A DNA stretch of 64,000 nt from the human T2T-CHM13v2.0 reference genome, Homo sapiens, in the NCBI RefSeq assembly GCF_009914755.1, contig NC_060931.1, one strand, 5' to 3'. Under the pieces are notes generated by a model. That model saw only the letters and a program-made list of their open reading frames with translations. It did not search any database and had not been told where the DNA came from. A program made the translations under genes and the position numbers. Of this stretch, positions 43,600-64,000 are shown one piece after another. The number at the start of each line of letters is the position of its first letter. The stretch's first letter is position 1.

Positions 43600-44420
43600 T
43601 CACCTCTTTCTTGAGCAAGTACTGAGTGCCAGATGCTACTGTAAGCCTTGAGAATACCCGCTGTGAGGCAGGACGAGGACCTCCCTTTTAAGTCAGTGCA
43701 GGAAGACAGTGAGTGGATTAACCGGTGTATATGAGCTATTTGAGGCCAGGCATGGTGGCTCACGCCTGTAATCCTGACATTTTGGGAGGCTGAGGCAGGA
43801 GGATGGCTTGAGCCCAGCAGTTCAGGGATTCTGCGATTGCACCACTGCACTCCAGCCTGGGTGACACAGTGAGACACTACTCTAAAAATAATAAATAAAA
43901 GATTTGAGGTAGGGATGGGATAAATGCTGCTATGAAGAAAACCAGGGTATGGGGAGTGCAGGGTAGAGACTGGGATCTACTTTCTCAGGGTGGTTAGGGA
44001 AGGCTTGCTGAGGAGGTGAGCGTCAAGCAGAGATCTGAAGGAAGCGTGGGACTGCCCTGGGATTCCCCAGCTGAGGGATGGTGGTGCAGAGGCCCAGCAG
44101 CAGGAGCCTGCTGGGTGCGGTGGATGAACGGCAAGGAGACTGTTGAGGCTGGAGAGGGTCGCCGAGGGGGACTGTGATAGAAGAGGAGATCAGTGGAGTC
44201 CTGGTCACGGGCCATCAGAAGGACTCGAGATAGGAAGCCACTGATCCAACTTTTAATAGAATAACCGTGGCTTTGGGGTTGAAAATGGATTGTGTGGGCC
44301 TGAGAGCAGAAGCAGGGAGACTGGTTTGGAGCCTGTTGCAATAACGCAGGTGAGAGCTGATGGTGATTGGGGCAGGGTGGGGTGTAGGTAGGGCAGAGGG
44401 GACTTGACAAGTTAGAGCCT
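43600..44420 (-). mobile_element. L2 fragment with an Alu inside
   Basis: L2-like tracts tggttagggaaggcttgctgaggaggtga..gcagagatctgaagga and agcagggagactggtttggagcctgttgcaata. Confidence 0.7.
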
Positions 44421-44472
44421 GGATAACTATTTACTTTTTTAAATTATTTATTTATTTATTTTTAAATTTTGA

Positions 44473-44631
<159 letters not shown>

Positions 44632-46769
44632 TAAATTTTTGTACAGATGGCTTCTTGGTATGTTGCGCAAGCTGATCTTGAACTCCTGGTCTCAAAATAT
44701 TATCCTGCCTTGGCCACCTAAAGTGTTGGGATTACAGGCATCAGCCACTGCACCTGGCTGAGCCTGGATATATTTTGCATGTAAAGCCCCAAGCAGGTTC
44801 TTAAACTGATCATAGTGAGATTTATTATCATTTTCTTCTGAAATAATTTCTTTGAGTTAACTTAACTCTTTTTTTTTTTTTTTTTTTTTTTTTGAGACGG
44901 AGTCTCACTGTTGGCCAGGCTGGAGTGCAGTGGGGCAATCTTGACTCACTGCAACCTCCACCTCCTGGGTTCAAGCAATTGTCTCTGCCTCAGCCTCTCA
45001 AGTAGCTGGGATGATAGGTGCCAGCCACCACACCCAGCTACTTTTTGTATTTAGTAGAGACAGGGTTTTGCCATGTTGGCCAGGCTGGTCTCCTGACCTC
45101 AGGTGATCCACCCAGCTTGGCTTCCCAAAGTGCTGGGATTACAGGCGTGAGCCACTGTGCCCAGCCACGAATTGATTTAACTCTTAAGTCAGTTGAGTCA
45201 AGTGAGTTATTGTTTGGATTCTAGAGTCAAATACCTATGCAACAAATATTTGAGCCTTATGAGGAATACAGAAGGTACATGAGATATGATCCCTGTCTTC
45301 TAAGAACTTGAAACCCAGTTTGGGAATATTGGACTGGTATACGTGCGTGGATTTCCTGTCTACCTGGGAAGGGCCAACAGAGGGCTTAGAGACGGGAAGG
45401 AAGAGAACAGGGTGAGCTGATAGCCTCTGTGCTCTAGGACCGGCTCTGCAGGGAAGTTACTTTACTTCAAAGGCTAAGTTTGGGCTCAGTTTTCATTCAG
45501 GTCTCCTGGGATATAAATCAACATTCCATTCTCATCAATGTGACCGTTAATTACATATTTTTATTTGGATATACTGTCAGATATAGTTAACTGAACACAA
45601 ATGAAGTAATTGTATAAGCAAATAAACCATAGTCCTGGAGGTACCGCGTGAAAATGTGTCTCACGATGGAGGTTTTAATGTAGTACCACTGTGTGTAAGT
45701 TCCAGGCAGCCCAGGACATGCAGAGAGCAAATATTGACACCAGGAACAGAAACTTTCCACATTTTTGTTGACTACAGCGATGGGAACTGCAGTGAATTAT
45801 TTGCCTTATATAGTGTCTGTAAAGCTGGAAAAGAAGTAGGTAGTTTCTGGTCTTTGTGTCAGTAGCATAAATAAATAAACTTGAAACATTCTTGCGCTTC
45901 TTATTGAAGGTCATGTCACTTGATTTAGTGCTCAAGAGCTTGGTTATTTGGACACGAAGAAGCTACTTCCCTCAGCAGTAAAGGAAATAGAAATTTGACT
46001 GTCTAGTGAAACCTACCAATTCTGCCTAAACATATACTGTAGAGGCCAGCAGAGCAGAGTGGCAAGGAAGGGGGGCTCTCCAACAACAGCCTGAGTTCTG
46101 AGGCCAGCTCTAAACACTGCTAGCTATGTAGACTTGTGCAAGTCTGTAGCTACTTTTCCCAGTTTCATCCCAGTTCATGTGAGGATTAAACAAAGTAATA
46201 TGTGCAAAGCCCTTAGAACATCACTTTTAACAACATGTTAGCTATTGGTATTGTTATTTTAAAATCAATTTGCAAATAGACAGTTTTTTTTTTTTTGACT
46301 TGATAACTGGCTCTTGGTAGAAAGCATGAGTAATAATAAAAATAACACATATTTGTGTAACAAATATTTGAGCCTGATGAAGACAGAGAGATAAGTAAGG
46401 CCGGGGCAGATTCTAAAGAAAGTGCTTTACTATTTTATCAACCACTTAGCTGTGTTTTCTCATTTTTGTGCTCTCGGTAGCTCTGGTTAGCAGAAAGGCC
46501 TAGTTTGTTCTTCTTTTGTAGATGGACTGAAAGTCAGACATAAAATGACTTGGCCCAGGCCACTCAGCAGAGGCCGGACTTGGTCTCAGTATCCCTTCCC
46601 TCTTCCTCCCAGTCCCTCCGTGTCTGTGCGGAACTCTGCACTGGTGTTTTCTTCTGTACTGTGGAAATTGGTGAGAGCTGGGCCATTGCATTCATATTAG
46701 AGAGAGAAGTGTTAGCCTCTGGAGATCAGCTTCATAAAACCACAAACATTTTCTTTTTAACTTTAAATC

Positions 46770-48345
<1,576 letters not shown>

Positions 48346-48348
48346 CTC

Positions 48349-49988
<1,640 letters not shown>

Positions 49989-50435
49989 GAAACAGATCTC
50001 AGTCGATTTAGAGGTGTATTTTGCCAAGGTTAAGAAAGAAACACAAGTCATTGTAGGATCTGTGGCCTGTGTGCTTTTTCTAAAGAGGGTTTTGGAAACT
50101 TCAGTATTTAAAGAGGAAAAAGTAGGCAGGAGGGGAAGAGGGGAAGAAAAGGAGGTGGAGTAGGCAATGAGGCCAGTGGTCACATTTTTGTGAGGCTTTT
50201 AGTACCATTCAGTGAATCTACATTTTACATGTGAAAAGAAGGGAGTGGGGCAGAGTCACATACGCCTTCTCCGCACAGTAAATCTGCATTTTACCTGCGA
50301 TAAATAAGCACGTAAATTACTTTATCTGGGAAAGAAAAGAAGGCAGCTTTTCTTTTGCGTAACTTGGTTGTTAAGCTTAACTTTCCCTTTAGCTTGGTGA
50401 ATTCGGGGTCCTGAGATTTTATTTTTCTTTTGCAA
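49989..50435 (-). mobile_element. ERV1 MER4-group LTR
   Basis: Ends ggggtcctgagattttatttttcttttgca, the reverse complement of a MER4-like LTR start; subfamily not resolved. Confidence 0.6.
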
Positions 50436-50439
50436 TGTG

Positions 50440-51277
<838 letters not shown>

Positions 51278-52189
51278 ATTACGTGACCTTTTTGTGTGAT
51301 CGATGTCAGTTCTGCTGTAACAATGTGGAAAATGCGCTTCTGGGGGGCTTAATATAGATCTGGCCATGTGGCAGTGTCTTCCAGAGCAGGATGGCTGTGG
51401 TCACGTCACGGTGACACACAGCTGAACACGAGTGAGCTAAGGCCATAGCTGTCTGTGCCAGCTGCCTTTTCTTTCTCTAGTGTTTTGCCCACAGTCAGCA
51501 TGAGTATTTGGACCAGTGGCCTTGCGTGGGCAGCCGGCATGGACTTGCTCCCTGGGGCTGCAGAGTCTGCCCCTGGCTTCATGCCCTGCATGTTGTGTGT
51601 GAGCAAAGAAATATTTAACAGCCCCACCCGGAGCTAAGACACAACTCTGTCAGCCTAACCACAGTGTTTGCGTTTAAACCTAACCTAATAATTTTCAGTG
51701 CCATTTATGAGGGCATCTGACACAGCCGCCGTGGAAAAGCACCTCCACCGCTACAGTTTCCTGGCGGATGATGCTTCTAGGTGAAACTTTGCTCTGTGGG
51801 TTCCCTTGCTGGAGGCAGCAGCCCACGGTTGGTGTGCCGCAGGCGGGTTATACGTCTGTTCATCTGAGATGCCTCTGCGTGCTCTGCTTCAAATCACAGG
51901 GGGCTTTTTGTTGAAACACTGGGAGATTTGCATTTGGAAATCATGTCCTATTTCTTTTTAATGAAAAATTACTTTATGGCTTCAGTGTTGCCCATGATGT
52001 GTTTTGGAAGCAGGTGGGATCATGACCGCAGTGCTCAGCCCAGCGGTTCTATCGGACCCTTCCCTGAATGCTTCTCTCCTGCCCAGAAGGTAGCAAAAGT
52101 CACGTGGGCTTCAGGCCGGAGCTGTGTCAGTCACTGGGCCAGACATTCTTGTATGTCCAAGCTGTTGTTTCTGTTGCTGTTGTTGTTGT

Positions 52190-58658
<6,469 letters not shown>

Positions 58659-59929
58659 TTAGTCAGCATGTCGGTCAAGACAGGTGTGGACACAACCACA
58701 GTGCAGACAAGGGTGAGTGCCAGGAGAGAGGGGTCCAGACTGTTGGGCTCTTCCAGAAACCCCAGACCAGGTCATAGCCACTGAAAATGGATATATTTCA
58801 TATTCACCTTTTACCCTCCACCCCCAAAAGGGCCTATGAGATGGCCCTGCTCAAACATCTAGAAAGAAAGAGATAGGATCTGGCCTCTGACGGAGATGAG
58901 TGCCTCTGGGGATCCATGCCCTGTGGCCACCATTGTTTCTGGATGTGGCTGAGGTCACAGGACTGTTGTGAGCACAGGTGGTGAGTCACCTGTAAGGCCC
59001 ACACGCGGGACAGGTGCAGGGGGCCCACATCTGCAGATGTGTGTGTGTTCAAATGCAAAATAGCACTGCATTTGCTTTTTTTTTTTTTTGTCTTTTGTCA
59101 AGCTTGTCCCTTTTCCTCTTGTATCCAACTTGCAGGTCTTCTCCCATGCTGTCTATTTGATCTTTATTTTTTTGGGTGGAGAACTTACCACTTATCCCAC
59201 TATACGTTTCCATCTCTTATTTATTTTCAGCTTTACTTCTCGTCTTTCCAGGGTGTCATCTTTCTGAATGCAGATTCTGGGGAGTCTGCACTCTGGTGGT
59301 GGCAGCACAGGTGCCAGGGGTCAGGGGTTAGACGCTCTGGGGGAAGGGCCTGGCAGAAGGCAGTAAGCTGGAGGGAGAGACAGGCTGGGGACGACGGGGC
59401 TCGCTAGATCAGCAGGGGACCTCTTTGGGGGACCTGCATAGTCCGGGATGGGAGTAGGTAGATGGGCATCGTGCGAAGGGACTGCCAGTGAGAAGAGGGC
59501 AGCTGGCTGTGGGGACGAATATTCAGGGGGCTGGGACTCATTTCTGTAAAGGAACCAACGTCCTTAGCAAGAAGCCAAGGCAGGAAGGTGGCCCAGGGTT
59601 GCCCCAGGATAGGACCTGGCATGGAACCTCAGGGGCTTGGTCACAAGGGGCTTCAGAGCCAGGCTGATGTGATGGGGGCCTCTGAGCCTGAGATTCACTC
59701 GGTATTGACTGCACCCTACCATGTGCATGCACGTGGTGAGCACAACCAGACGGAGCCCACCCTCCCCAGCTATGTGAGTGAGAGCGGGAGTAATTAAACA
59801 TACACACCCCAAATAAGCACACAGTTGCTGATGGGACCTATGGAGAGTGCATAGTCTGGGATTTGACCCAACTGGGAAAGACTTCGCTGAGCTGGGGATG
59901 AGTAGGTGTCTACTGATGACGGGGCAGGG

Positions 59930-63999
<4,070 letters not shown>

Positions 64000-64000
64000 C

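Overview
Human (primate) Alu-rich genomic DNA. Gene content and order match 7p22.3 (EIF3B, KIF19BP, CHST12); that assignment and all homologue comparisons are from recall, not a search. (1) 1-14.15 kb: the 3' half of EIF3B on +, with 11 coding exons that splice into one open frame (1156 nt, stop at 12902-12904), a GC-AG intron, a 64-bp intronic VNTR, a 3'UTR intron and a terminal exon with AATAAA. (2) 17.2-22.1 kb: three intact, in-frame, GT-AG-bounded exons encoding the first 73 aa of a KIF19-like kinesin-8 motor. I could not find the rest of that gene. Downstream lies a 41-bp VNTR split by a HERV-K(HML-2) LTR5 solo LTR. (3) 26.5-28.7 kb: a minus-strand NGRN retrocopy that has a poly(A) remnant, appears to retain part of intron 1, has lost its middle at an Alu, and shares one 15-bp TSD pair with an upstream Alu. 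(4) 36.6-37.9 kb: a CpG-island promoter and non-coding first exon, probably CHST12, ending in three tandem identical splice donors. (5) 38-64 kb: a repeat-dense first intron (Alu, L1, L2, MIR, Tigger1, MER4-like, MLT2, a MER11D-like solo LTR). Nearly all ORF-track entries are Alu, VNTR or GC-rich artefacts. I found no wholly new biological system; the truncated but undamaged kinesin exons and the composite NGRN retrocopy are the best leads.
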